Source: Eledone cirrhosa (taxonomy: Eukaryota). From it: a DNA stretch of 64,000 bases. The notes beneath the pieces were generated by a model, which did not search any database, was not told the origin of the DNA, and worked only from the letters and a program-made list of their open reading frames with translations. Position numbers and translations under genes: made by a program. Position 1 is the first letter of the stretch. The number at the start of each line of letters is the position of its first letter. Of the stretch, positions 27,454-40,412 are shown in pieces. The stretch lies in NCBI GenBank assembly GCA_964016885.1, contig OZ024740.1, positions 100,254,001 through 100,318,000 of the forward strand, read 5' to 3'.

Positions 27454-28942
27454 CCAAGTCTTGCTCATACAAGAACTGGTTCTGACTTGATTTCTACAGC
27501 TGGATGCTCTAGCTAACACCAACCTCGTTTACAGTGCATGCTGGGTGCTTTTTCTTGTGGCACCTACACGTCCACTTTATAGTGTGGGCAGGGTGGTTTT
27601 TTCCGTGGCGCCTCCACGACCACTTTGCAGTGGGAGGGGATGGGGCATATTGTCTATATGCTTCAGCTTCGGCTTGTACCCATGGGGAGTCGGGTCTTCT
27701 GTATTACTGTGTGATGCCAGAGGTCACGGTCGTGTGTATTCGCCTTTGAGAGGTGTAATTGGGTAAGGTCGGCTTTTATCACCTCATCCCAGCTCCTCTT
27801 GGGTCTCTCCACTCCGCGGCTTCCATTGATTTCTAATGCTCTGCACCTTTTTATGCGGCTATCATCCTCATACGCATCACATGTCCATATCAACGCAACC
27901 TCCTCTCCTGCACACAGCAATTGATTCCTCTTATGCTCAGTCTCTCTCTCAATTCGTTTATGCTTTGCCGTTCACGTATATTACTATTACAGCGCCCAGG
28001 TCTCATTACCGTGTAACATTGCCGTTTGTATACACGCATCATACAGTCTGCCTTTCATTTTAAGCGAACAGCCTTTTGCAGCTAGCAGTGGCAGTAGCTC
28101 TCTGAACTTCTTCCATCCCGTTCTTACCCTAGTTATTGTACTTTCCGAACACCCACCTCTGCTGCTAATTCTGTCACCTAGGTAGCAGAAGCTCTCTACT
28201 CTTTCTACAGAGCCCTCCCAGAGATTGGTGGTGCTTGTTTCCTGTGGCTGTTTGCTGCTTGCTGTCCAAGCGCAGCTGCTACATGTGAAGCCTACTTTCT
28301 TAGTTAAGCTTCCTGAGATCCCACTACATCACTTGTGTACCCATTGTTTGCATTTGGGGCAGAGGATGGAGTTCCTACCTACACCTTTCCTACATACTAA
28401 GCAAGGCCATTTCTCTGAGGGGATCTGGGTTCTGTTTTCTCGTCTATTTACATGGACCTTAGTCTTTGTCAGGATGACTTTGAGACCCTTTTTTCAAGTC
28501 CCTGCTTCCATGTTTGGAATTTGTTTTCTAGTTCTACCATAGATTCAGCTATAAGTGCGAGGTCATCTGCATACAGGAGTTCCCATGGGCATCCGGTCTT
28601 AACCTCCTCCGTTATTGCCTGCAAAACTATGATGAACAAGAGAGGGCTAAGAACAGAGCTTTGGTGGACACAGACCTGTATGCTAAATTCCTCGCTATAG
28701 TCATTGCTAACCCTAACTTTGCTGACTGCTTCCCTATACATGGCTTGTACAGCTTTCACAAGCCAATCATCTACTCCTACTTTTCTAAGAGCCCACCAGA
28801 TTATAGCACAGGGGACTCTGTCAAAGGCTTTCTCCAGATTGACAAATGCCAGGTAGAGCGGCTTACTTTTAGCTAGGTTCTTTTCCAGTAACTGCCTCAC
28901 AAGGAAGAGGGCATCATTGGTGGCTTTTCCTGGCACAAACCC
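27448..28942 (-). mobile_element. RTE LINE fragment, same subfamily as 21285, lacking its tail
   Basis: ORFs 28469-28936 (LYADD) and 27663-27920; 3' UTR breaks off into the 33 bp repeats. Confidence 0.9.
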
Positions 28943-29064
28943 TAATAATATATATATATTGGAATTTCGTATTTCTAAAGAAATGCGGTATGTTTATAAA
29001 TAAACATTTAGAAATTCGTAGCTATGCAAAATACTATTGGCTATCGTCATCTGGCAAGGGTGAC

Positions 29065-29110
29065 AATCTTCAATGCATTTCAAACTGAAAGGGTTCTCAT
29101 CAGGACGATC
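29065..29110 (-). ncRNA. Decayed minimal hammerhead motif (family H)
   Basis: Minus strand GATCGTC-CTGATGA-GAACCCTTTCAGTTT-GAAATGCATT-GAAGATT, within a 280 bp island between TA tracts. Confidence 0.6.
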
Positions 29111-29240
29111 CCTCCCGCTCTTGAAACTGCTGAATTTTGAAAACAGGTGAGAATATATAGTTTTTCTCATCTGTGTAAATGAGGGGATTAATCTCAATAC
29201 ACATCTGTATACAACTATGCTCAACGCTGAATTATAATTC

Positions 29241-29279
<39 letters not shown>

Positions 29280-29524
29280 AGCGTGGAAGATGGACGTTAA
29301 ACGATGATGATGATGATGATGATGATATGTATATGTATGTAGATAATATTTAATATATAAATATAATATATACATATATAATATGATATATATCATATAT
29401 ATATATAAATATATATATACATATAATATATGCATATATATATAATATACATATATGATATATACATATATATATATATGATATATATATATAATATATA
29501 TATATGTATGTATATATATGTGTG

Positions 29525-29558
<34 letters not shown>

Positions 29559-30874
29559 ATATATATACATATATAATGTATTCATATCTATAGCCATATC
29601 TATATCTATATATATATATGTACATATCATCTCATCATCATCTTTTTTTTATGTGTCGAGCAACACAGTAATAAATAAATAGATAGAGAACTAGTTGTTG
29701 TGGGTATGCTGAAATTAAACCAAATTTCTGTTTCTGATGTGGGTCTTCACTGATGTAGCTTAATTTAATGAAAATGTCAATGATAAAAGCATTCTGACAG
29801 AAATAAGAGAACTAAAAAGTTAATGTAACCAAAAAATCAACAATTGCTTCATTTGAGGGAAAAGAAACCCTAAACAGTAGAATATAATATGAAGCAGTAT
29901 TGCTTTTATTTGGCATTGGCCAGAATAAATCTGAACCAATATTCTGTTCTTCTTTGTTCTTTTACATAAGCTTTCCCCCACTGCAGTGTCGTGTCTGCTT
30001 GTATTCCATAGTAGAAGGCTTTGTGATTTTTCATATATTTTTATATATTATAAGGACTATTACTGTTCAGCTTTTACTGTTTTGATAGCAAATGAGAAAA
30101 TCTTGTCAAGATAAAGTAAGTAGAACAATATCAGTAAGAATATCATATCTGCAGTGCCCCAATATGGACTTAAACCATGCTGAGATTCTGGAAGTATGTC
30201 AGTTGCATTGTGCATCAGCAGATGATTAAGAAGAATCTTGGCAATGATTTTACCAACAAGTGATAGTAAAGAGATACCACAATAGTTGTCATAAACATTT
30301 TTATATCCATTGTTGAAGAGGGGGTGAAAATTGGTGTCCCTCCAGTTCTATGAAGTCATTTTTTTCAAGAGATTGTTCTATTTACCAACTTTTTGCACTA
30401 TTTCAGCCACTATACCATCTTTCCAAGATGCTTTGCTCGTTTTCATTTGTTTCACTAATCTTAACATCTTCCAATGTGGGAGGATCATCAAGGTGTTTAG
30501 TGACAGGAGCCTACTCTATAGTGTAGGACAGAACAAAGGAGAGATACAAAATAACAAATTAGTCACTGAGGAGGTCACACAATGCATGATGAAAGAGAGT
30601 TAACAATAAATAAACAACCATCCAGTTATTAAACCAACCAACTGGAAATTTGTAGTAAATTGAAGTGAAAACCAATAGGTGCTTGTGTTTTTTTTATTGG
30701 CAACATGACCCTCCCAAAGTAAAACAATATCTCTTTCAACACGTTTACAGAAGAAATCTTGCAAAACAAATACAAGATCAAAGTATATATATGTGCATAA
30801 ATGAATACATCTTTATACACATACGCCCAACAAGAGCAGGCCTTTAAAAGTGGGCAATACACACACACACACAC

Positions 30875-30931
<57 letters not shown>

Positions 30932-30935
<4 letters not shown>

Positions 30936-31003
30936 AGTAAGTAAGACCCCGACGGCTGAGCTCAAGTCGTTTCGACGGCTAATTCTTACCACTTTTCCCT
31001 CGC
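30932..31003 (-). mobile_element. Family E fragment (3' half of hammerhead)
   Basis: Minus strand AGCCGTC-GAAACGACTTGAGCTCAGCCGTC-GGGGTC between TA tracts. Confidence 0.6.
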
Positions 31004-31036
<33 letters not shown>

Positions 31037-31049
31037 ATATATTGTCCAC

Positions 31050-31080
<31 letters not shown>

Positions 31081-31225
31081 TCAGGTTTGAGGTTCACCAC
31101 TGGATAGAGCTGGTCAATTCCGTATGTTCAATCTCAATGTAATAATATGCAGAGTACTCAACGTAAAGCAGTTCAACCGTCTTTGTTTTTGTAGTTGGTG
31201 GTGTTAGTACGGAGTTAAGTATTAT

Positions 31226-31362
31226 AATTGTTTCTACTTTAGGCACAAGGCCAGCAATTACCCAGTGCATTACTGGTACTTTATTTTATCGACCCCGTAA
31301 GGATGAAAGGCAAAGTCAACCTTGGCGGGATTTGAACTCAGATCGTAAAGGGACGTAACTAT
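31226..31362 (-). mobile_element. 5'-truncated Meta-type SINE nested in the family B element
   Basis: Reverse complement of the 1869 family; TSD AGTATTATAAT. Confidence 0.85.
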
Positions 31363-31420
31363 GAGTATTATAATGAAATGACAGGAGGCTGGATTTGTGT
31401 AAATCCTTGAAAGGTTTATT

Positions 31421-31478
31421 ATACTATGATCATTTCAATGACCAGGTTCCGTATGAAACCGGTGATATCATCAGGTAT
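31421..31478 (-). ncRNA. Minimal type I hammerhead (family B)
   Basis: Minus strand ATAC-CTGATGA-T-ATCACCGGTTTCATACGGAACCTGGTCAT-T-GAA-ATGATCAT-A-GTAT-AATAAA. Confidence 0.8.
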
Positions 31479-31605
31479 TCGAAATATAATAAGTGAATGT
31501 AATAGATAAAATCCATTGGGCTGAAAATCAAAGACCCGAGGACGACCGCCAGCCAGCATCTTCCACCTTTCAAGGATTTACACAAGTCCAGCCTCCTGTC
31601 ATTTC

Positions 31606-31637
<32 letters not shown>

Positions 31638-31638
<1 letters not shown>

Positions 31639-31682
31639 AGTATGTATACGTACATACATATATGTATACAGACGTACAGTAG

Positions 31683-31742
<60 letters not shown>

Positions 31743-32236
31743 CATGCACACACATATATATATGTATGTATGGATTCACCGAACATTTATTATAATGCTC
31801 GGTGTGTTTGTAAACAAACATCCCGAATTATATCCCGTCTGTATACATATATGTATGTACGTATACATACTTATATTTAAGTAACAGCCGTACTAAGAGT
31901 GAGAAATGAAATTTAGTTTCATTTTTTCCGTTTATCGTTTTCGGTACCCCGGCCGATTAACTCACTCGATATGCAAATTAGGCTGCTCAGCCGTTAATAT
32001 GCTTAAGGAAAGTATATACTTTCAGACGTTCAACCATCTGGCAGGAAGGTATACGTTGCTGACGATAGCTAATAAGCTTGAAACTAGTACAGCGTTCCTT
32101 TGTCAGTGTTGAACAAATGAGCAACGATGGTCGCTAGACACTGTACGGCTTAATTCGGGATGTTTGTTTACAAACACACCGAGCATTATAATAAATGTTC
32201 CTTGAATCCATACGTACATATATATATGTGTGCATG

Positions 32237-32296
<60 letters not shown>

Positions 32297-32404
32297 CTAC
32301 TGTAGGTCTGTATACATATATGTATGTACGTATACATACTTATATTTAAGTAACAGCTGTACTAAGAGTGAGAAATGAAATTTAGTTTCATTTTTTCCGT
32401 TTAT
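31638..32404 (+). mobile_element. Family A element copy 2 (inverted 5' piece + about 1.2 tandem units)
   Basis: 31638-31830 inverted; TACTAAGAGTGAG recurs at 31891 and 32360; ends CGTTT|ATATA. Confidence 0.85.
32029..32113 (+). ncRNA. Type I hammerhead with extended stem I (family A, best copy)
   Basis: TTCAAC..CTGGCAGGAAGGTATACGTTG-CTGACGA-T-AGCTAATAAGCT-T-GAAACTAGTA-CAGCGTTCCTTTGTCAGTGTTGAA. Confidence 0.88.
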
Positions 32405-32467
32405 ATATATATATATATATATACAATGATATTAAATAAATGGAAACTATATTTATAAAACCATATT

Positions 32468-32531
32468 TATTCTATTATATATATATTTCAAGGGTACCAA
32501 AAACTCTGGTACGCTTTCATCAGATAAAATA
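32468..32531 (-). ncRNA. Type I hammerhead with (AU)5 stem III (family D)
   Basis: Minus strand TATTTTAT-CTGATGA-AAGCGTACCAGAGTTTTTGGTACCCTT-GAA-ATATATATAT-A-ATAGAATA. Confidence 0.8.
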
Positions 32532-32973
32532 CAAAGAGTGTTTTACAAATTTTGACATAGCCAAGGAAACCATACCTTATCAGTTAAATTTTCTTTGGGT
32601 AGTGAGATTAAAAACGGATTTTTCAAACTTAGGGATAAATATGCAAATGAATATGTAAATAAGCTTGAGTTATATGATTGAAAAACCGTTATTTTAAACG
32701 CTATGGAAAGTCTAGATATATAATAAGAAGAGAGAAAGAAAGAAAAAATAAAAAAAATAAATAGGAAAAAGAAGAAGGAAAAGGGTAAAGGAAAAAGAAG
32801 ACCACTTATATACGTTAATTTGGGGGAAATAAATTCGAATATTTACCTATATTATGTATATACTTATATGGAGAATTACTTTTGTAAGTATTTATCTTAT
32901 TATAATATTGTAGTGGGTTAAATATATAAATATCTATATTTGTTGAATTTCCAACAAATTAAATATCACTTCT

Positions 32974-33022
<49 letters not shown>

Positions 33023-33040
33023 CGAGAGAGAGAGTGTGTG

Positions 33041-33861
33041 AGAGAGAAATGTGTTACACAGTGAGAAGTGTGTAAACAATTATTACATGTGAGTTTAACC
33101 GTTACTGTATGGAGAACAATACCTACAGGTTAGCAATTAAATAGAAAAAAACTAAGTCAGAATCAAATCTCTGAAGTAGAGTTTTAAATTACTAACCTTA
33201 TAACTATAAACTTGCTGATACGAATTTACTTCGTTTCACCACAGAAATGTGCCGTATAACAGCCCATAGGATCCTCAGTCAGCAAGTATGGGTACTGGGT
33301 CACGACACATCTAGCCTAATGGATAGAGAGCAAGCTAATAAACACGCTGCCCAGAGTAGGGCGAAATCACGTGTTATTTGCATCAAATAACGGCTCTCAT
33401 GAATTGGAGGAAAATGCTAGAGAGAGCAGCCCAACCATTTGAATTTGTTAGCTCAACCAACTGAATGGTTGGGCTGCTCTCTCTAGCATTTTCCCACAAT
33501 TCGTGAGAGCCGTTATTTGATGCAAATAACACGTGATTTCGCCCTACTCTGGGCAGCGTGTTTATTAGCTTTCTCTCTATCCATTAGGCTAGATGTGTCG
33601 TGACCCAGTACCCATACTTGCTGACTGAGGATCCTATGGGCTGTTATACCGCACATTTCTGTGGTGAAACGAACTAAATTCGTATCAGCAAGTTTATAGT
33701 TATAAGGTTAGTAATTTAAAACTCTACTTCCGAGATTTGATTCTGATTTAGTTTTTTCTATTTAATTGCTAACCTGTAGGTATTGTTCTCCATACAGTAA
33801 CGGTTAAACTCACATGTAATAATTTTTTACACACTTCTCACTGTGTAAAACACTTCTCTCT
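33041..33861. repeat. Long inverted repeat: about 400 bp arms, 24 bp spacer
   Basis: 33041-33439 is the reverse complement of 33464-33861 with few mismatches; flanked by TA/GA microsatellites. Confidence 0.93.
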
Positions 33862-34029
33862 GTGTATTTACATTTGAGCTCAGATGAAAATTCTCTGTTC
33901 TTCTTCGAGCTCATATTATTATTACTGTGAACTGCGGAATACTTTAATTCCAATCTTTGTATATATATATATATATATATATACATATATATATTTATGT
34001 GTGTCTTCATTTGATTCTTGCTCTTCTTC

Positions 34030-34750
34030 TCCCACTTATTCTTGAAAGAGTAATGAGGCAGAGGTCACAAGTGGGTCCTGTCAGAAGCAACCATCTCCAA
34101 TTGATCTAGCTGGATACCCAAGTGAGACCAACCAAGCTCATACATGTTAACCAGCCATCTTGCTCAGTGTCTACATCTGGGTCTCCTGCTGGTTGATTTT
34201 TACCTCTAAAATCTGTCCAGTGATTCATTCCTGAGACATACTAAACACATGCCCAAAGTATTGTAGCTGTGATCTCTCAATTCAGAGAAGTAGCTGCTCT
34301 ACCTGGAGTGATTCTCTGATCTCTGAGCTATGTCGTCTATTGAGTAACATTACTCCAAAGAGCCTTCAGAGAAACCCATTTCAACGACTTGTATTTGTGA
34401 TCATATTCTTTCACTCATTACCCTAGATCCATGACTCTAGGTAAGGGTTGGCATGAATACTGAATTGAAGATAATGACTTTGGCTTTTACACCTACCTCC
34501 TTTCTTTTGATTACCAAATGCTGAAACCGGCACATTACTGCAATAGCTCCTGCAATTATTCCATTTAATTCAGAACATTGAAAATGGCCCTGAGATACTT
34601 GAACGTCTCCATCTGCTTCAGTGGAGTTCCATTCAGATGTAGAGTGCAATGCACAGGCTTCCTTGAGAAGATGAGTGTCTCAGTTTTCGCAGCACTGATT
34701 TTCATATATATATAGTGGTAGAACACTAGTGCATTATATCCGCAGTAGTA
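34030..34750 (-). pseudogene. Decayed RTE LINE 3' portion
   Basis: KISAAKTETLIFSRKPVHCTLHLNGTPLKQMETFKYL; KAKVIIFNSVFMPTLT. Confidence 0.7.
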
Positions 34751-34778
34751 GAGCACTCAGTCTATGGGACAAGTTTGG

Positions 34779-34952
34779 TAGAAGTCATTCCACAACAGTT
34801 AATACACCATTTCCGAGAACAATTTGTTTCACCTCAAATGGATCATCAGCTTCGTATAAATGAGATAAAATTCAAACCGCGCTGAAGATCTGTTTGAGGT
34901 GAAACAAATTGTTCTTGGAAATGGTGTATTATCTGCTGTGGAACTACTTCTA
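34779..34952. ncRNA. Divergent pair of minimal hammerheads in a 72 bp inverted repeat (family I)
   Basis: Plus CCGCG-CTGAAGA-TCTGTTTGAGGT-GAAACAAATTGT-T-CTTGG; minus CTGATGA-TCCATTTGAGGT-GAAACAAATTGT-T-CTCGG. Confidence 0.7.
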
Positions 34953-35477
34953 TATCTATATATAAAACATAGCACACACTTTTTCCTCTCTGTTTTTCTT
35001 TGCTTTTTTCCTTAAAGCTTGCCATCATTTCGTTGGTACACAGCTATTATGCAATTTACACCTGATGTCTCTACATATAAGGGCATACATAGGCCCGCTT
35101 ACGACCACATTATCCATCTGGGAGAAATTGTGTAGATGCATTCATGTGTCTACACGATTCTACCCATGCGCTTCCATATTTGTGTGCATGCTTACACACA
35201 CACATGTATGCATGCACGTGTGTGTCAGCATATATTAATATATATGCTTGTAAGCGGATTTAAATGAAAACAACTCTGTGCCCCCTTTGACCTGTCCAGA
35301 CCTTAATTTTCACACAAAAGAGGTTAAGAAAAAAAATAATAATTAAACCATTTCCAGCCAGCATAGTATAGCAAGCCACATTGGACACTGAAATAGATCC
35401 TTTATTTTCCTTGGAAAAGGGATATTAATCTTGAAATATTAGGACATGTGAATAAATTAAGGTAAAAAGTATGTATA

Positions 35478-35510
<33 letters not shown>

Positions 35511-35540
<30 letters not shown>

Positions 35541-36343
35541 TTTACATCCGCTTTCCCTGCTTGCAAGGGTGGGACGGGTCTTATTCAGCACAGCATCTCT
35601 CCACTCGTCACGGTCCTTCGTCATCTCCACCGTGAGCTTCAACGATCTGAGGTCTGTTCTCACCAGCTCTGCCCATGTTTTTTGTGGTCTACCTCTACCA
35701 GGTCTTCCTTCAACTGGCAATTCCTGGCACTTATTCACCCATCGGTCATCCTCCATGTGCATCACATGTCCATACCACCTCAGTCTCCTCTCCCGTACAC
35801 TACATTCTATCCCTCTCAGACACAGTTTCTCTCTCAACACATTTATGCTGGGTCGTTCACGCACATTTACACTGCACATCCAACGGAGCATGCTTGCCTC
35901 ATTTCTCTCCAGCCGTCGCATATCCTCTGCAGTTGCTGCCCATGTCTCACTACTATGCAACATCGCGCTCCTCACACAGGCATCATACAACCGGCCTTTC
36001 GTACACAGGGAGAAACTCTTCTTCGTCAACAGAGGAAGCAGCTCCCTAAACTTCTTCCAATCCGTCCTTATTCTAGATACTATGGCCTCGGAACACCCTC
36101 CTCTCATGCTAATCTGATCTCCTAGGTACCGGAAGCTATCCACCACTTCTATAGCGCCCTCCTGCATCTGAAAAATGTGTCTATCAATGCGACTTCTACT
36201 GTCTAATTTCCCTGTACATCTACTGCATACATATTTCTCCCTACCTGTTAGTTTGCCTGCTATCCCGCTACATCTCTTGTGTACCCAGGATCTGCATTGT
36301 GTGCATTTTATAGAATTTATGCCAGTTCCTTTTCTGCATTCTT
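35511..36343 (-). mobile_element. 5'-truncated RTE LINE, subfamily 2 (very short 3' UTR)
   Basis: ORF 35457-36167 with a PHD remnant upstream; (GAT)n tail on (TA)n. Confidence 0.9.
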
Positions 36344-36425
36344 CATATATATATATATATATAAATAAATATATATATATATGTATATATGTATATATAT
36401 ATATATTTATATATATATATATATA

Positions 36426-36686
<261 letters not shown>

Positions 36687-37354
36687 CTTATATATATATT
36701 TATATATATATATATATATACATATATGTATATATAGAAATAAAAACTCATATATATATATGCATGCATATATATATATGCATGCATATATATATATTAA
36801 CTTAGTATTATTCCATCTCAGCATGTTAGCTAGTGTGAAGTTTCTATTTCTTTTAGGAAGTAATTCCCAATTTAGTGATTTGCTGTATAGATTTCAGTAA
36901 ACATGACAACATAAGCTCTAATTTGTCTCACAAATTTCTCAATTGTAGACTTATATAGTGAAATAGTGAAGAAATTGCATGAAATGTTCAATGAATAATA
37001 AACTATAAGACATATAAGCTAAGACTAGTGATGATTAGATAACCATGTTTTCTTGGTTTGTTTATCTTTTGGTATTATGTCTAGATCTAGTTTTTCTTTC
37101 TTAAATGATCCTGAACCAGACCACTCTTATCTAGTTTGGAGCCATGGTGTGAAATCATTAGAGTGCATTTTTCATGATTTTGATTATTTTTGTCTTCACC
37201 TTTAGATTTGCCATGATAGTATTTGTTTTGGTTAAGTTGAGGCCAAATTCCATCATGGTCAACTGTGCCTTTCCTCTTTCAGGGGCTGATAAAATAAAGT
37301 ACCATTCCAATTCCAGTACTGGAGTCCATCTAATTAACTTTCTCTTACCATTGC

Positions 37355-37465
<111 letters not shown>

Positions 37466-39148
37466 TGGCAAATGAATAGTTGCCTTTACTGTTTCTCTTC
37501 CATTACACTTTTCAACATGATCCCTTATCACTTACTCCTTCTCACTCTCTGTTTCTCCTATCATACGTTAACTCCCTTAATCCAGTTTCCCTGCTATTAC
37601 ACTCTTTTTCATTACTCCCCGATTACTCCCCTTCAGTCCCATTTCATTCCAACACTGATTCTCTCATTATATTCATTAAACTTCACCCATATTCCTTGTT
37701 TTTCATGCCATTGCTCTCCATTCTATTTGCCCTCTTGGTCACATTGACTTTGTGTCACAAGTATTTGTGTCATAATAAAATGTACATATTATACTCTGTA
37801 AAATGATTGGAGCCAATGTACAGTTGAAAAGACATTTTAGATCTGCTGAGGTCATAACAACTGCTCTTGTGCAGCTGCCATAATATGTATCCAGTAAACT
37901 ATGCAAGGTAGTTGATATAACAAAACCAGCTGTAGAGACCATGCCTCAAACCTACAAGTGTGATGTGACCCCTCTGAAGTCTATAGACAGACAGTAACTC
38001 TGAATAAGAACTAACTCAGAACATGGTATCACCAATACCTTTATAGAGTGTATACCGTACATTTAATTGTGGTATCCTAGAAAGCAATGGGTGTTGCCTA
38101 ATCAGAACCACACAACATATGCCAGGACAGCCCATCATCTCCATCGATGGAAATATAGACAGTCCAACATATGACTGTGGGGATCCTGACCAGGCAGTAC
38201 TGCCTATTGATTTAGGATTGCCTCCTCAGACGTTTTCCTGGCGGTCTGGAGGCAATCCATAATACTACATATGACACCCTAGTCTGGCTCACCAATATCA
38301 ATGTCTCTCTAATCAGTAAGCATATGTCATACAATAAGAAGATTGTGGCACCAGGATTGTGGCTTTACTGTGTATACTGGGTGCATACTATTGTAATACC
38401 AGCATTAAAAATGTTGTCATGTGCTTGATGAGACTGAAGCATTCTCTCTACCCTACAATCACCAGCCACTTTACAGGGTTCATTGAGTTTCTTTTATCAT
38501 GGCACCTGTACTATAGAGTGTGTCAGATCCCCGACAAGATCAAAGGATCATGTATACGCCCTGTTGTATATGTATTCATCAGCCACTCCTATTCATTAAT
38601 GTCTTTAAAGAAATTCTCCTTTCCATGCAGTCTCTGATCTCTCATAACATTTATATTTATCATCAACTTGCTTATTTTCTCTAGTACCGGGTGTTTCCAG
38701 TTATCGCAATCATTTAACATCTTCATGAGGTGACTCTTCGTTGTAGGCTTAAAATGATGATGATGGCGGGGGATGTGGGATTGAGGGGGGAGGTAGGAGT
38801 TGAGTTTGGTGTGATGGTATTTCAAGGAATATATAACATCAGATGAGAACAGGGAAAGCAGCTTCTTTTTAACTTTTTCCTCTGATAAAGATAGAGCAAT
38901 GCCTATATTTGCTGCTGGTCTGCTTAGATCAGTAAATCAATATGGGTGCTGTTTATTTATCTTCAACTTCTGGTGGTTTAGAAAACTTCGACTGGAATAG
39001 AATTATTGAACAATCAGTGTAGTATGGACAAACAGAGGGTGGAGAGCTAGATAGGCTATTTGGCATGACTCAACAATTTTGAAAGGCCCTACTTTTCTAC
39101 ATTTCTAGTCCTTTTATTCTATTGCACTACTTGTATATACATCATGTA

Positions 39149-39194
<46 letters not shown>

Positions 39195-39340
39195 ACATCT
39201 TTAATAAACGAAGCCAAATCTTAAATATTTGACTTAATTACTTTATTTTACATTACTCCGGAGTAACCAAAACAACCTGCGTACTTTGTCGAGTGCTCCA
39301 ATCTGCATATTTAGGTGTCTGTAAACAACCAACATATACT

Positions 39341-39402
<62 letters not shown>

Positions 39403-39594
39403 GTACATATATATATGTATACAGACGTACAGTAGTATGTATATATATACATACATGCACACATATATATATGTACGTATGGATTTATCGAACATTTATT
39501 ATAAAGCTCAGTTTGTTTGTAAACAAACATCCCGAATTAAGCCGTACAGTGTTTAGCAGCCATCATTGCCCTTTTGTTCAACACTGACAAAGGA

Positions 39595-39637
39595 ACGACG
39601 TACTAGTTTCAAGCTTATTAGCTATCGTCAGGATCGT
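39595..39637 (-). ncRNA. Hammerhead motif, family A
   Basis: Minus strand ACGATC-CTGACGA-TAGCTAATAAGCTT-GAAACTAGTA-CGTCGT. Confidence 0.82.
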
Positions 39638-39905
39638 ATACCTTCCTGCCAGATGATTGAACGTCTGAAAGTATATACTTTCCTTATGCATATTAACGGC
39701 TGTGCAGCCTAATTTGCATATCGAGTGAGTTAATCGGCCGGGTGCACCAAAAACGATAAACAGAAAAATTGAAACGAAATTTCATTTCTCACGCTTAGTA
39801 CGGCAGTTACTTAAATATAAGTATGTATACGTACATACATATATGTATACAGACGTACAGTAGTATGTATACATAGATGCACACATATATATATATGTAT
39901 ACATA

Positions 39906-40243
39906 TTCCTCATTTCTAGTACCAAACCCATAGCCTCCATGGATTTCGTCGTAGCCGTCACAATGTTGTCCAACGTGACCGTTTAGGTCGCCTGCAATAA
40001 TTATATAGTCACTGTCGGTTATTTGGGAGGTAGTGAGCATCAGTGTCTCATAGAATCTGTCTTTTATAGTGCTGGGCAGTCCGGATTGGGGTGCGTACGC
40101 GGATATTACTGTCACCGTAGTTCTATTGAGGACAGTCCTATGCGAGCAAGACAATCACTCTTGCCTCAAGTGGGAAAACCCCCGTCCAAACCCATGCAAG
40201 CGTGGAACACGGACGTTAAACGTTGATGATGATGATGATGATA
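39906..40243. mobile_element. 5'-inverted RTE fragment
   Basis: 39906-40130 minus-strand EN coding (SAYAPQ..GTRNEE) joined to a plus-strand 3' end with (GAT)n; about 36 bp duplicated flank TATGTATACATAGATGCAC... Confidence 0.8.
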
Positions 40244-40369
40244 TGTATACATAGATGCACATATATATATATATATATGTACTCAATATGCAAATTAGGC
40301 TGCTCAACCGTTAATATGCATAAGGAAAGTATATACTTTCAGACGCTCAATCATCTGGCAGGAAGGTAT

Positions 40370-40412
40370 ACAATCCTGACGATAGCTAATAAGCTTGAAA
40401 CTAGTACATCGT
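40370..40412 (+). ncRNA. Hammerhead motif, family A
   Basis: ACAATC-CTGACGA-TAGCTAATAAGCTT-GAAACTAGTA-CATCGT. Confidence 0.8.

Larger units (their letters stand above)
31078..31612 (-). mobile_element. Family B hammerhead element with 47 bp inverted terminal piece, interrupted by a SINE
   Basis: 31367-31414 is inverted at 31566-31612; homologous to 51350-51640 and 54052-54282. Confidence 0.75.

Noticed and set aside
33328-33382. Hammerhead-like GCCC/GGGC-GAAA-TCACGTG in the palindrome arm
   Set aside because: First box reads CTAATAA in both arms with extra spacing; a simple hairpin explains it
38216-38258. Strong hairpin GGATTGCCTCC...GGAGGCAATCC
   Set aside because: Single occurrence, no ribozyme core or assignable context
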